Assembly (NCBI GenBank): GCA_027008775.1
Contig: JALVDV010000010.1
Location: 96,529-160,528 of the forward strand
Source: Candidatus Moraniibacteriota bacterium
GTDB lineage: Bacteria; Patescibacteriota; Minisyncoccia; Moranbacterales; DUUL01
Direction of reading: 5' to 3'
DNA: 64,000 nt
Numbering within the stretch: the first letter of the stretch is position 1; each line of letters opens with the position of its first letter. This document shows, in pieces, positions 9,535 to 19,365 of the stretch. The notes beneath the pieces are model-generated. The model saw nothing but the letters and a program-made list of their open reading frames with translations, had not been told where the DNA came from and did no database searches. The position numbers and the translations under genes were made by a program.

Positions 9535-10260
9535 ATGAATACAGTAAAAATGGCAGACATTAACAACTCGCTGGTAGACTCCAGCCAAAAAATGTGGAAT
9601 GGGTTGGTTGATTACTTACCAGCGCTAGTACTGACAGTCGTGATATTGGTTGTCGGTTTGGTTCTGGCTTTTGTCTTGGGCAGTTTAACAACCAAGATAG
9701 TCAAGAGTCTGCAGGTTGATAAAATTTTGGCAACTTTTGGAATCAGAGAAAAATTGAAAAAGTATGATATTGATTTTTCAATATCCGGTATTTTCGGTTG
9801 GTTAGTCAAATGGTTTGTAATCTTTACCACCTTGTTTACCGTGGCCGATATTTTAAACTTGCAAAATGTCTCTGAATTCTTGAGCCGAATATTGGCCTAC
9901 ATTCCAAATGTTTTGGTAGCGGTTGTTATCTTGACATTAGGTTTGATAGTGGCCAATTTCTTGGCGGAATTGGTTGATAAGTCAATCAGCACGACTGACT
10001 TCTTAAACAAGACTTCCGTAAGAGTTCTGAGGGCTATCACTAAATGGATAGTAATACTGTTTAGTGTTATGGTGGCCTTGACAGAACTCAATATCGCCAC
10101 TGAACTAATCCAGATTTTCTTCTCCGGAATTGTTATGATGTTCTCTTTGGCTGGAGGTATTGCCTTCGGTTTGGGAGGCAAGGACAAGGCAAAAGAACTG
10201 GTTGATAAAATATTCAGCGAGGAAGAAGAGTCAGAAGTTAGGGAAGACTACGAAGAATAA
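9535..10260 (+). CDS. Membrane protein with TM-helix repeats (MscS-like N-terminal region)
   Basis: It has repeated TM segments and an acidic C-terminus. Confidence 0.55.
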   Translation: MNTVKMADINNSLVDSSQKMWNGLVDYLPALVLTVVILVVGLVLAFVLGSLTTKIVKSLQVDKILATFGIREKLKKYDIDFSISGIFGWLVKWFVIFTTLFTVADILNLQNVSEFLSRILAYIPNVLVAVVILTLGLIVANFLAELVDKSISTTDFLNKTSVRVLRAITKWIVILFSVMVALTELNIATELIQIFFSGIVMMFSLAGGIAFGLGGKDKAKELVDKIFSEEEESEVREDYEE

Positions 10261-10280
10261 TTTTCACTTTCCTTTCGAAA

Positions 10281-10311
10281 ACAACCGCCCAAAGGCGGTT
10301 GTTTTTTGTAT
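10281..10311. terminator. Bidirectional terminator hairpin
   Basis: The hairpin AAAACAACCGCC-caaa-GGCGGTTGTTTTTT lies between convergent genes. Confidence 0.7.
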
Positions 10312-10345
10312 ATAATTTTAGGAAAAAGTGGACAAGTGTTCCGTT

Positions 10346-10663
10346 TTAGCGAACCACTTCTTTACCTTGTCCATACCAGTCAACTATTCCCCTCTCCAGG
10401 TGAACAACATTGGAATAGCCCTGTTCCAAAAGATTATTAAGAATGTAAAAGCTACGATTGCCGGTGCGACAGTACAAAGCGATACGATCATCTTTTTTAA
10501 GGCCAAGGGGTTCAAAATGAGCCCAAAAATTGGAAGTGGGCACCAACTTGGCGTCTTTAATATGACTTTCGGCATATTCAAACGGCTCACGGACATCTAA
10601 AATATGTGTGTTTGGTTGTTTGATAAATTCTTCAAACTCATCAACGGTTAAATTTCTATTCAT
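10346..10663 (-). CDS. Rhodanese-domain sulfurtransferase
   Basis: The active-site loop CRTGNRS is present. Confidence 0.8.
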   Translation of the reverse strand: MNRNLTVDEFEEFIKQPNTHILDVREPFEYAESHIKDAKLVPTSNFWAHFEPLGLKKDDRIALYCRTGNRSFYILNNLLEQGYSNVVHLERGIVDWYGQGKEVVR

Positions 10664-10740
10664 AACTCTTATTTATCTTATTGTTTTAAAAGCTGGAGGA
10701 ATAAAGGATTTAGGAGGACAACTCTGAATAAGTTAGATAA

Positions 10741-11637
10741 TTATTCTGGTTTGAATTTCAATTTCCAAAATTCAACCAAGAGAGCGCTGGCTATGAAAAT
10801 TGAGGAATAAGTTCCGGCGATTATTCCAACCAGTAGGGCAATGGCAAAATATTTGATACTCTCTCCACCAAAGAAAATGATGGCTAAGAGAACGACAACA
10901 ACAGTTAGGGATGTATTTAGGGAGCGCGCCATAGATTCGTTGATGGAGCGATTAACTGTTTCTTCAAAGTTTTTTTTGGCTTCCGCTCTGTTCAAGTTTT
11001 CCCTGATGCGGTCAAAAATAACAATAGTGTCATTAACACTATAACCCAGGATAGTCAACAGGGCGGCGATAAAAGGAATGTTCACTTCCACCCCGTAATA
11101 ATGTCCCAAGAAAGCAAAGACACCCAGGACAATAATTATATCATGAGCCAGAGCCAATATGGCCCCTACGCCGTATTTCCAACTTTCCACCGGATAGGAA
11201 ACTTTCCGAAAAGCCCACATAATATAAAGCATAATACCAATGATGGCGACAATGGTGGCTTGAATAGCCTTATTTTTCAATTCTTGAGAAATGGCAGAAC
11301 TGATAAACGAAGTTCTTTCTATAATCGCTTGGGGGTATTCTTTTTTGATCAGTTGATTCAACTGAGAATTTACCTTATCGCTATCGGAAACAAATTTAAT
11401 TAGCATTTTGTTGCCTTCGGAAATTTGAATGCTCAAATCTTCCAAGGGTAACCGATTGATTTTTTGCATAAATTCTTCTTTGCTTGGAGCTTGTTGGGGA
11501 AACTTTACTTCAACCAAGACCCCACCCTTGAAGTCTATACCGGGCTTTAAACCCCAAATAAAAAGAGCCAGGAGACTGGCGATTACCGCCATTCCCGAAA
11601 GCACAAAAAAAATATTCCGATGTTGGATTATTTTCAT
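10741..11637 (-). CDS. secF: Protein translocase subunit SecF
   Basis: The SecF fold is present with a GIDFKGG motif. Confidence 0.85.
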   Translation of the reverse strand: MKIIQHRNIFFVLSGMAVIASLLALFIWGLKPGIDFKGGVLVEVKFPQQAPSKEEFMQKINRLPLEDLSIQISEGNKMLIKFVSDSDKVNSQLNQLIKKEYPQAIIERTSFISSAISQELKNKAIQATIVAIIGIMLYIMWAFRKVSYPVESWKYGVGAILALAHDIIIVLGVFAFLGHYYGVEVNIPFIAALLTILGYSVNDTIVIFDRIRENLNRAEAKKNFEETVNRSINESMARSLNTSLTVVVVLLAIIFFGGESIKYFAIALLVGIIAGTYSSIFIASALLVEFWKLKFKPE

Positions 11638-11671
11638 TTCTTGTTTTAATAAGTTAAAAATTTTCCGAATA

Positions 11672-12385
11672 TCATTTTCCGGAGGCGACCACTAAAACGG
11701 TAAATTCTCCTCTGATTTTATCTTTGTTTTCTTGGTAGTGGTTTAGAATTTCCGATACCTCCCCTTCTCTGATTTCTTCAAATTTCTTGGATAATTCTCG
11801 TCCAACAATCATCTTAGCACCGGGAACGGTTTTTTGCAACAGCTCCAAGTTTTTGATGAGGCGGTAAGGCGATTCATAATAGAAAACCGGGTAGCCGTTT
11901 TCCAAAAGATTGCTTTTAACCTCTGCAAAAAAGTTTTTGCGCCCTTTTTTATTGGGAGGAAATCCCAGAAAAACAAATTTCTGTAAATTCACACCGGCCA
12001 CTGAAGCCAAGGTGGTCAAGGCACTGGGACCGGGAATGGGGATGATTTTTACTGTTGGAATTTGTTTCCTAACGGCAGCGACCAATTCATTACCCGGATC
12101 GGAAATACCGGGTGTTCCGGCATCGGTCACCAGGGCCAGATTTTTCCCTTCTCGTAGCTTGGAAATAATTTGTTCAACTTTGTTTTGTTTGCTTCTTTGA
12201 TGATAAGAGAGAAGCGGTTTTTTGATTTGGCAATGATTTAATAATTTGGCGGTGACTCTAGTGTCTTCACAAACGATAAAATCAACACTTTTGAGCGTTT
12301 CCAATGCCCTAAGAGTGATATCTTGAAGATTACCAATCGGAGTGGCTACGATGTAGAACATATTTTTCTCTTTCTTACTTTGCAT
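11672..12385 (-). CDS. rsmI: 16S rRNA (cytidine1402-2'-O)-methyltransferase
   Basis: The RsmI N-terminus is present (FYIVATPIGNLQDITLRALETLK…CEDTR). The start was trimmed to the internal ATG at 12385 to avoid overlapping smc. Confidence 0.8.
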   Translation of the reverse strand: MQSKKEKNMFYIVATPIGNLQDITLRALETLKSVDFIVCEDTRVTAKLLNHCQIKKPLLSYHQRSKQNKVEQIISKLREGKNLALVTDAGTPGISDPGNELVAAVRKQIPTVKIIPIPGPSALTTLASVAGVNLQKFVFLGFPPNKKGRKNFFAEVKSNLLENGYPVFYYESPYRLIKNLELLQKTVPGAKMIVGRELSKKFEEIREGEVSEILNHYQENKDKIRGEFTVLVVASGK

Positions 12386-14714
12386 ATTCTTGCGCGCCTT
12401 CCAATTTAATTGATAGTAAATTGGAAACGCCGTCGTCACTCATACTGACGCCATAAATGGCTTCGGCTGTTTTCATAGTTTGGCGATTGTGGGTGATAAT
12501 AATGAATTGAGTCTTTTTGGACAATTCCCGAAGGATTCTGCCAAACCTTTGGGAATTGGCTTCATCTAAGGCGGCTTCCACTTCATCCAGAAGCACAAAC
12601 GGTGGCGGGTTGTGAGAGATGATGGCAAAAAGAAGCGCCAAAGAGGTTAATGTTTTTTCACCGCCGGAAAGCATCCCCAGACTGGAAATCTTTTTGCCCG
12701 GAGGATTGGCCACCACTTCCACACCAATTTGAATTTCTCTTTCCTTTTCTTCATCTTTGCTGTCAATTTCTTCTTCATTGTTGGAACGACGACTTTCTAT
12801 TTCCACTTGTTCCAGCTTGGCTGTTCCACCGTTAAAAATAATTTTGAAATAATGTTGAAATTCTTTGTTGATAGCTCGGAAGGTTTGGCTAAATCGCTTC
12901 TTGATTTGTTTGTCCATTTCCTCAATAACCTTTCTTAGTTTTTTCATAGCCACTTTTAGATCCTCTGATTCGGAACGCAGAAAATCATAACGAGCCTGAG
13001 TTTCTTTGTATTCTTTGATAACTTCCGGGTCAATGCCACCTATTTGGTCCAATTGGTTTTTAAGCCAATAAATACGTTCCGAATAGGCGGAAATTTCCTT
13101 CTCTGTCAAATTAGAGTTGACTGTGACCAATCTCTCTGGTTCTTTTTTTAATTCGCTTAGAATTTGCCGACGCAGGTCTTCTTCCTTTACCTCCAATTTG
13201 GCCAACTCAATTTTAATCTCGTTTAATTGATTTTTCAATTGATCAATATCAAATCTCAATCTGCGCAATTTATCTTCCAGTTCAATGGCCGTTCTTCTTT
13301 CTTGATTTTCCTTTTGAAGTAAAGCGTCTATTTTTTGACCGATTTTTTTTATTTTTTCCAGTAAATCTTTTTTCCTTTTTTGATTAGCGACAATTTTCTG
13401 CTCCCGCAGAGAAATCTCCTTTTCACTTTTCTCTTTTTGGGAAGCAAGTTCCGGAGAAATTTTCTTCTCAGTGATTTTTCCTTGACGAAGGGCTTGATAC
13501 AGCCCTTCTAAATCCTGCAAAATTTTTTCAGCCTCTTTTTGCAAAGAGTTTAGATCAATTTTCTTGTCTCGGTCAATAATTTGTTGCAAAAATTGTTTTT
13601 GTTTTCCCTTGAGAGCAACAATTTTATCTTTGACGAAATCAAGATTGACGGGAATCTCTCTGATAGCGGAGAGCTGGCGGAGCTTTTCTTTTTCCAATTC
13701 CAACCGGCCTTCATTGACGACCAACTCCTTTTCAATTTTGTTTAATTCTTCAGCTAGCGCTCTCTTCTCTTTTTCCAGAGCAGAAATTTCTTCTTTGTAA
13801 GAAACAGCATTGATGCTCTCTTGTCTGATTTTCCGAGAAAGGTCTTCTATATTTTTTTGCAGACTTTCAATTTCCTTCTCTTTGTTTTTTGCCTGTTGAG
13901 ATAATTCTTGACGAGAGGACTGTAATTGTTTCCAAAGGAAGGAGTATAGTTCAGTTTGCTTTTGCGTCAGTTCCCGCAGGTAATTTTCCCCTTTTTGCAT
14001 CTTGTTGTATTGCCTTTTTAAAAGGCGCAGGTGTGGTTCTATTTCCGCCAACAACTCATCCACTCTTTCTAGATTTTTGATGGTTGATTTTAATTTACGC
14101 TGGCTTTTTTCCTTTTTTAATTGATAACTTTTTACTCCGGCGGCTTCTTCCAGCATCGCTTTTTTTTCCAGAGGACCGGCCTGCAACAATTTGTCAGCCA
14201 TTCCTTGGTTGACGATAGCGTAACTGCGTTGACCTACTCCGGCCTTGGCCAATAATTCCAAAAGATCACTCAGTCTAACACGAGAGCCGTTAATTAGGTA
14301 TTCATTTTCTCCATCTTGGTAAACTTTTCTGCTGATTATCACTTCTTCGTAATCCAGAGGAATCTGTTTGTCAGAGTTGTCTAAAAAGATTGACACTTGG
14401 GCGCTACCCAGTCTTGATTTGTTGTCACTGCCGGCAAAAATGATGTCACTTGATTTTTTTCCGCGCAAATTTTTCATAGATTGCTCTCCCAAAACCCATT
14501 TTAAAGCGTCAGCCACATTTGATTTGCCGCTGCCATTGGGACCAACAATGGCTGTAATGCCAAAGTTGCGGGCGGTGTTTTCATCTTGTAGTCGGGGAGA
14601 CGCCTTTGTTTCAAAAAAGTTCAGTGTCGTTTTACGGGCAAATGATTTGAAACCGTTGATTTCTATTTTTTTTAGTAACATAATTTTGCTTTGCAATTTG
14701 TTTGCCAGTGCCAT
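12375..14714 (-). CDS. smc: SMC-family chromosome segregation ATPase (short form)
   Basis: It has an N-terminal Walker A (GPNGSGKSN), a long coiled coil, and a C-terminal signature with D-loop (LSGGEKTLTSLALLFAI…LLDEVEAALD). Confidence 0.8.
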   Translation of the reverse strand: MALANKLQSKIMLLKKIEINGFKSFARKTTLNFFETKASPRLQDENTARNFGITAIVGPNGSGKSNVADALKWVLGEQSMKNLRGKKSSDIIFAGSDNKSRLGSAQVSIFLDNSDKQIPLDYEEVIISRKVYQDGENEYLINGSRVRLSDLLELLAKAGVGQRSYAIVNQGMADKLLQAGPLEKKAMLEEAAGVKSYQLKKEKSQRKLKSTIKNLERVDELLAEIEPHLRLLKRQYNKMQKGENYLRELTQKQTELYSFLWKQLQSSRQELSQQAKNKEKEIESLQKNIEDLSRKIRQESINAVSYKEEISALEKEKRALAEELNKIEKELVVNEGRLELEKEKLRQLSAIREIPVNLDFVKDKIVALKGKQKQFLQQIIDRDKKIDLNSLQKEAEKILQDLEGLYQALRQGKITEKKISPELASQKEKSEKEISLREQKIVANQKRKKDLLEKIKKIGQKIDALLQKENQERRTAIELEDKLRRLRFDIDQLKNQLNEIKIELAKLEVKEEDLRRQILSELKKEPERLVTVNSNLTEKEISAYSERIYWLKNQLDQIGGIDPEVIKEYKETQARYDFLRSESEDLKVAMKKLRKVIEEMDKQIKKRFSQTFRAINKEFQHYFKIIFNGGTAKLEQVEIESRRSNNEEEIDSKDEEKEREIQIGVEVVANPPGKKISSLGMLSGGEKTLTSLALLFAIISHNPPPFVLLDEVEAALDEANSQRFGRILRELSKKTQFIIITHNRQTMKTAEAIYGVSMSDDGVSNLLSIKLEGAQEYAK

Positions 14715-14793
14715 TAACAGGTTTAGATTATACTACAAAATGAACCTTTTTACCAATTTCTATTTGTCCCTTCTTTCTGTTTTTCGCTTATTT

Positions 14794-16101
14794 TCATTTG
14801 TCGGCAGTGATTAACACTGAAACTTTCTTGGGACCTTGAAGAATTTGTTTTTTATCTCCGGGAAAATCGTGGATGGCTCGCCAAAGAGTTTTTTGGTCAT
14901 AACGGTAGCCCGCCCCCCTTCTCGTGCCGGGATCGTTAACAATAAAAACTCCTTCCGCTTTGCGTCCGACGCTGTCCCTGTCCGCTTCGTCATTGTAACC
15001 GATAATAATCAGGTTGTGATAAAGGGGACCAGGAGGGGTGAAATAGGGATTTTTTAAAAGACGGCCGGCGGTGGGCGCAAGAATCGGATGTCCAAGCGCC
15101 AGCTCCCGCTTGAGACTCAAAATGGTGGGGTTGTTGAGAATTTTTAGATTACTTAAATGATAATAATCATTAGCCAACTTGGCCGTTTGTTGTACATCAC
15201 TGTCAAAGAAATCGCCATAGTTTTTCAATTGAAATTTAACCAATTTTTGAATTTCTTCTTCTGCTAAACTTTTATTTAAGGGTTGATTTTTGTAAAAGTA
15301 GTACAGCATAACCAAAGAAGCCTCCTCGCAAGCTTCTTCGTGTAGTTGGTCCCAGCGACCAAAAGGTGCTTGACAGGTAAAAGGAATATTGGGGATGAGA
15401 ACTTTCGTCGGTAAATTTTGTTCTCTTTTGTCTTTATTGGAATTGTTTTTGTCGTCTACAGTTGAACTTTTTTTTGTTGAGATTTGTTGTTTTTGATTTA
15501 ATTTTCTCAGGTCGGTTTCCAGGTAGGTATTTGACTTATTTTTGATTTGACTTTTGTCTTTTGATGATTTTTCCAGAAAATTGTTTGTTTCAATTTTTGA
15601 AAGTTGGTTCTTGGACGGATAATGTTTTTTAAAAGCCGGAGAAGATGAATAGGCTAACCAACCAACTGTGAGACAAAATACTAAAAGGATTATTGCCAGT
15701 ATTTTTTTGTCTTTTTTGCGTTGATAATAAGTAATTGAAATAATTTTCATTGTCGCCCAAATACCCAGAAAATCAACAAAAACATCAATTAACTTACCGG
15801 TTCTGCCGAGCACAAATAATTGGTGAACTTCGTCCGAGAAAGCATAGAGAGTTGTCCAAATCATAGCTTGCCGAATTGATTTTTGAAAAGGGGATTGACA
15901 TTTGTAAAAAAATTGCCACAACAAAAAACCGAGTAAACCAAACTCGGAAAAATGCGCCGTTTTGCGCAAAGCCATTTCCAAAACATTGTTGCCTTGCGCC
16001 CTTAAGCCGGGCTGAGCGGAAAGATAAAAAATCAAGCCGGCCCAGAGAAGAATCAGCCCGAAGTACAACCAACAAGAGCTCTTAACGCCCCTTTTTTTCA
16101 C
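14794..16101 (-). CDS. VanZ-like membrane domain fused to a C39-like (papain-fold) peptidase domain
   Basis: The N-terminal TM region has a VanZ-like motif (HFSEFGLLGFLL). The C-terminal domain has conserved Cys/His residues (CQAPFGRWDQLHEEACEEAS…). Confidence 0.5.
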   Translation of the reverse strand: MKKRGVKSSCWLYFGLILLWAGLIFYLSAQPGLRAQGNNVLEMALRKTAHFSEFGLLGFLLWQFFYKCQSPFQKSIRQAMIWTTLYAFSDEVHQLFVLGRTGKLIDVFVDFLGIWATMKIISITYYQRKKDKKILAIILLVFCLTVGWLAYSSSPAFKKHYPSKNQLSKIETNNFLEKSSKDKSQIKNKSNTYLETDLRKLNQKQQISTKKSSTVDDKNNSNKDKREQNLPTKVLIPNIPFTCQAPFGRWDQLHEEACEEASLVMLYYFYKNQPLNKSLAEEEIQKLVKFQLKNYGDFFDSDVQQTAKLANDYYHLSNLKILNNPTILSLKRELALGHPILAPTAGRLLKNPYFTPPGPLYHNLIIIGYNDEADRDSVGRKAEGVFIVNDPGTRRGAGYRYDQKTLWRAIHDFPGDKKQILQGPKKVSVLITADK

Positions 16102-16197
16102 TGCGTTCTATTAGATCATTTATCAAATGATAGAGAGAATAAACCGGACGCCAAAGCCAAAGAGTTCTCTCTATAAAAAATTCAAAAAATCTATGCA

Positions 16198-16449
16198 TTA
16201 TTTTTTCCTTACTGATCTCTTTTTACGACCACGTCGTTTAGGTTGTTTCTTTGCCCTGGCTTGCATAATTTTTAAGTCGTCTTCTTCGCTTAGTCTGGTG
16301 TAAATAGCCACCAGGAAAAAGATAATTCCTATTTCTAACCATTGGGTGGACGCCAGCCACATATCTTGCACCGCCCAACCGAAAGCGGCCGCCAAGACAG
16401 CTACAGCCCCCAAAACAAAGAAACCGTCTGCTAAATTTTTGTGTAACAT
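16198..16449 (-). CDS. Small membrane protein with an Arg/Lys-rich tail
   Basis: It has two hydrophobic helices and a KRRGRKKRSVRKK C-terminus. Confidence 0.4.
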   Translation of the reverse strand: MLHKNLADGFFVLGAVAVLAAAFGWAVQDMWLASTQWLEIGIIFFLVAIYTRLSEEDDLKIMQARAKKQPKRRGRKKRSVRKK

Positions 16450-16489
16450 CTTAACACCTCCCTCCCAGATTAAGATTTATTATGATAAA

Positions 16490-17947
16490 TTATACTACAA
16501 ATTTGGTATGTTTTCTAAACCAACCGTTTTCCACCAATCTTAAGAAAATTCTGGTAATAACGATAGCGGTAAACATTGACAACAGAACGCCCAAGATAAG
16601 AATCAAGGCGAAGCCTTGGATGAATCCACTGCCGAAGAGAATAAGAATCAATGAGGTCAAAATGGTGGAATAATTGCCATCCCGAATAGATGGCCAGGCT
16701 CGGCGAAAACCTTCTTTAATGGCGGCGGAAAGTTCTCTGCCTCTAGCCAATTCTTCTTTAATACGTTCAAAAATTAAAATGTTGGCGTCCACAGCCATTC
16801 CCACCGACAAGATGAAACCGGCAATGCCCGGCAAAGTAAGGGTGATTCCAAAGGGAGAGAGAGAAGACAGTTTAATAACACTGACCATTAGAAGGGCATA
16901 GCTGGTTAAGGCGAAGACAGCCATCAATCCGGCCAGACGATAATAAATAATCATAAACAGCGCCACCGCCATTAGTCCCCAAAAAGCGGCAGTCAGACTT
17001 TTCTGTAAAGATTCCGCTCCCAGAGAAGCTTCCACTCCCTGTTCTTGCACTAATTTGATAGGAACCGGTAAAGCACCGGCATTAAGACGTTGGGCTAATT
17101 GCTTTGCTTCGGCTAAGGTAAAATCTCCGCTTATTTCCGCTCGCCCATCTCGGATGACGGCTTGCACCACCGGCGCGCTGATAATGCTATTATCCAAAAA
17201 AATGGCCACGCGCTTCCCTTGGTTTCTCTCGGTAATTTCTTTGAATAACTCCTTGCCTTTTTTATTAAAACTTAAAAGAACGGTGGGACGACCGGTTTGC
17301 GGGTTGAAAGCCACTTGAGCTCTTTCCAAATGCTTACCGGACAAACCGGTCGGCTTCCAGCTTGGTTGCAACATTTTCTTCCGAAGAGCGGTTTTAATTT
17401 CTTCCAAAGTCATTTTTTTGACTCCTTCTGGTAATTTTTGCTTTTGCATTTGTTGAAATTGTTGCAGAGCCAACTGTTCTACGATTTTTTCCTCGTCGGG
17501 TGATAATTTTTCTCTGGCTTCACCTTCCTCTTTGAATTCCAAAAGAGGAGTTTCTTTAATTATCTTTTTAGCTTGATTGATATCTTTTATTCCGGCCAGC
17601 TCCACAATCAGGCGATAACTTTTACCGACTTTGGAAGGACGAATGATCGGTTCGGCTACGCCAAAAGCGTTTACTCTTCTTTCCACAACATCTTGCACTC
17701 CTTTTAAGGCCTCCATTTCTTTGCCCTTTTCTATATTTTTCATATCCGCTTCATAAACAAGATGTACGCCACCTTGCAAGTCAAGACCTTTTTTGATGGT
17801 TATTCTATCCAGAAAATTATTTAACCAGCCAATCTTGGTGTCTATTTTGTGTCCTTTGATTTCCCGAGGAAGGCTGATGATCAGGGCGAAAAATATCAAA
17901 ATAATTATTCCCAAAAACTGCACTCGGTGTAGATTTTTTTTGGTCAT
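16490..17947 (-). CDS. secD: Protein translocase subunit SecD
   Basis: The SecD periplasmic domain (GLDLQGGVHLVY) and C-terminal TM bundle are present. Confidence 0.85.
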   Translation of the reverse strand: MTKKNLHRVQFLGIIILIFFALIISLPREIKGHKIDTKIGWLNNFLDRITIKKGLDLQGGVHLVYEADMKNIEKGKEMEALKGVQDVVERRVNAFGVAEPIIRPSKVGKSYRLIVELAGIKDINQAKKIIKETPLLEFKEEGEAREKLSPDEEKIVEQLALQQFQQMQKQKLPEGVKKMTLEEIKTALRKKMLQPSWKPTGLSGKHLERAQVAFNPQTGRPTVLLSFNKKGKELFKEITERNQGKRVAIFLDNSIISAPVVQAVIRDGRAEISGDFTLAEAKQLAQRLNAGALPVPIKLVQEQGVEASLGAESLQKSLTAAFWGLMAVALFMIIYYRLAGLMAVFALTSYALLMVSVIKLSSLSPFGITLTLPGIAGFILSVGMAVDANILIFERIKEELARGRELSAAIKEGFRRAWPSIRDGNYSTILTSLILILFGSGFIQGFALILILGVLLSMFTAIVITRIFLRLVENGWFRKHTKFVV

Positions 17948-18120
17948 CCTATTATTCGTTTAAAATTTTAGAATATTCCGGTTGTTTTTTATTTACCGTT
18001 CAGGAGGTGATTTGAATCACTTGTTACAGTATAACACTCTGCTTTTTATATTTCAAATCCTATTCTGGAAAATATTTGATTAGAGTAATGACTGTTGGAT
18101 TGCAAAGATGAATTTCAGGC

Positions 18121-18152
18121 AAAGAAAGCGCGACCGAAGGTCGCGCTTTTTT
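18121..18152 (-). terminator. Terminator after rpsP
   Basis: AGCGCGACC-gaa-GGTCGCGCT hairpin with flanking A/T tracts. Confidence 0.7.
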
Positions 18153-18169
18153 CGTAAAATATTTTCCTC

Positions 18170-18664
18170 TTACTTTTCCTCGGATTTGTTTGACTCTTTT
18201 TCTTTATTTTCCTCTGCTTTCTTGTCATCGCCCTTGTTTTCCACTTTGGCGTCGTCTTCAGTTTTTTCTTGATCACCTTTTTCTTCAGACTGCTCTTTTT
18301 CTTCTTTAGTTTCTTCACCGGCGGGCTCTTCTGTTTTTCCTTTTTCCTCGGTTGTTGAAGTTTCTTTTTCCTGCCCTTCTCCCTCTTCTCCTTTCTTTTT
18401 CTTTTTCAAGAAAACTTTTCTCTTTGGCCCGGAAATAACACCTTCTTTAACCAAGAGATTATAGACGGTATCAGAACAAGCCACCCCTTGAGAAAGCCAA
18501 TGTTCCACTCTCTCCTTTTTGAGAACAATTTGTTTGCTGTGAGGATCATAACTACCAACTTGTTCCACAAAGCGCCCTTTCACCGGAGCGCTTTTTTCAG
18601 CTACCACTATTTTATATTGAGCGTGATTTCTTTTGCCAACTCTTGATAATCTGATGTTTAGCAT
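18170..18664 (-). CDS. rpsP: 30S ribosomal protein S16 with an acidic/Lys-rich C-terminal extension
   Basis: The S16 core is present (MLNIRLSRVGKRNHAQYKIVVAE). Confidence 0.9.
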   Translation of the reverse strand: MLNIRLSRVGKRNHAQYKIVVAEKSAPVKGRFVEQVGSYDPHSKQIVLKKERVEHWLSQGVACSDTVYNLLVKEGVISGPKRKVFLKKKKKGEEGEGQEKETSTTEEKGKTEEPAGEETKEEKEQSEEKGDQEKTEDDAKVENKGDDKKAEENKEKESNKSEEK

Positions 18665-18750
18665 TTTATGTCTAGATAAAAAATTTATTTGTACTGGCTT
18701 AGTTTAGACCAGAAAAGACAATTTGTCAACAAAGCGGGCACCAACAGTGA

Positions 18751-18779
18751 TTTGTAAAGCTATTTGATAATCTTGTCAA
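18751..18779 (-). promoter_or_regulatory. Putative promoter TTGACA-N17-TACAAA for rpsP
   Basis: A near-consensus hexamer pair lies on the minus strand and overlaps the clpP stop. Confidence 0.4.
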
Positions 18780-19332
18780 CAATGCCATACTTTTTGGCCT
18801 CCAAAGGACTCATAAAATAATCTCTATCTGAGTCTTTTTCAATTTTACTGACTTTCTGGCCGGTATGCTTGGCCAAAATTTTGTTTAATTTTTCTTTGAC
18901 TTTCAAAATATGTTTGGCGTGGATATCTATGTCAGTGGCTTGTCCTTCCGCTCCTCCCATAACCTGATGGATCATAATTTCACTGTTTGGTAAAGAGTAA
19001 CGTTTTCCCTTGGCGCCGGCGGCTAATAAGATAGTGGCGGCGGAAGCGGCCAAACCGACACAAAGAGTAGAAACATCGCTTTTGACAAAATTCATCGTGT
19101 CGTAAATAGCCAAGGCCGCAGAAACACTGCCACCCGGAGAATTGATATATAGCTTAATATCATCATGTTGATTTTGGGAATCAAGAAAAAGGAGTTGAGC
19201 AATAATGGAATTGGCCACCTGATTATCAATGCCAGTGCCGAGAAAAATAATTCTTTCCTTGAGCAGACGAGAATAAATGTCATAAGCTCTTTCACCAAAT
19301 TGAGATTTTTCTATAACGGTTGGTATAAGCAT
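18760..19332 (-). CDS. clpP: ATP-dependent Clp protease proteolytic subunit
   Basis: The ClpP core is present ([19 protein letters not shown]…MIHQ). Confidence 0.92.
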   Translation of the reverse strand: MLIPTVIEKSQFGERAYDIYSRLLKERIIFLGTGIDNQVANSIIAQLLFLDSQNQHDDIKLYINSPGGSVSAALAIYDTMNFVKSDVSTLCVGLAASAATILLAAGAKGKRYSLPNSEIMIHQVMGGAEGQATDIDIHAKHILKVKEKLNKILAKHTGQKVSKIEKDSDRDYFMSPLEAKKYGIVDKIIK

Positions 19333-19365
19333 AGTTGCGAAAGTTAGAAAATTATCGTTAGAAAT

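Noticed and set aside
12375-12439. Upstream extension of rsmI (MTTAFPIYYQLNWKARKN…) overlapping the smc 3' end
   Set aside because: The conserved RsmI N-terminus begins at MFYIVATPIGN, and the internal ATG at 12385 or 12361 is more plausible.
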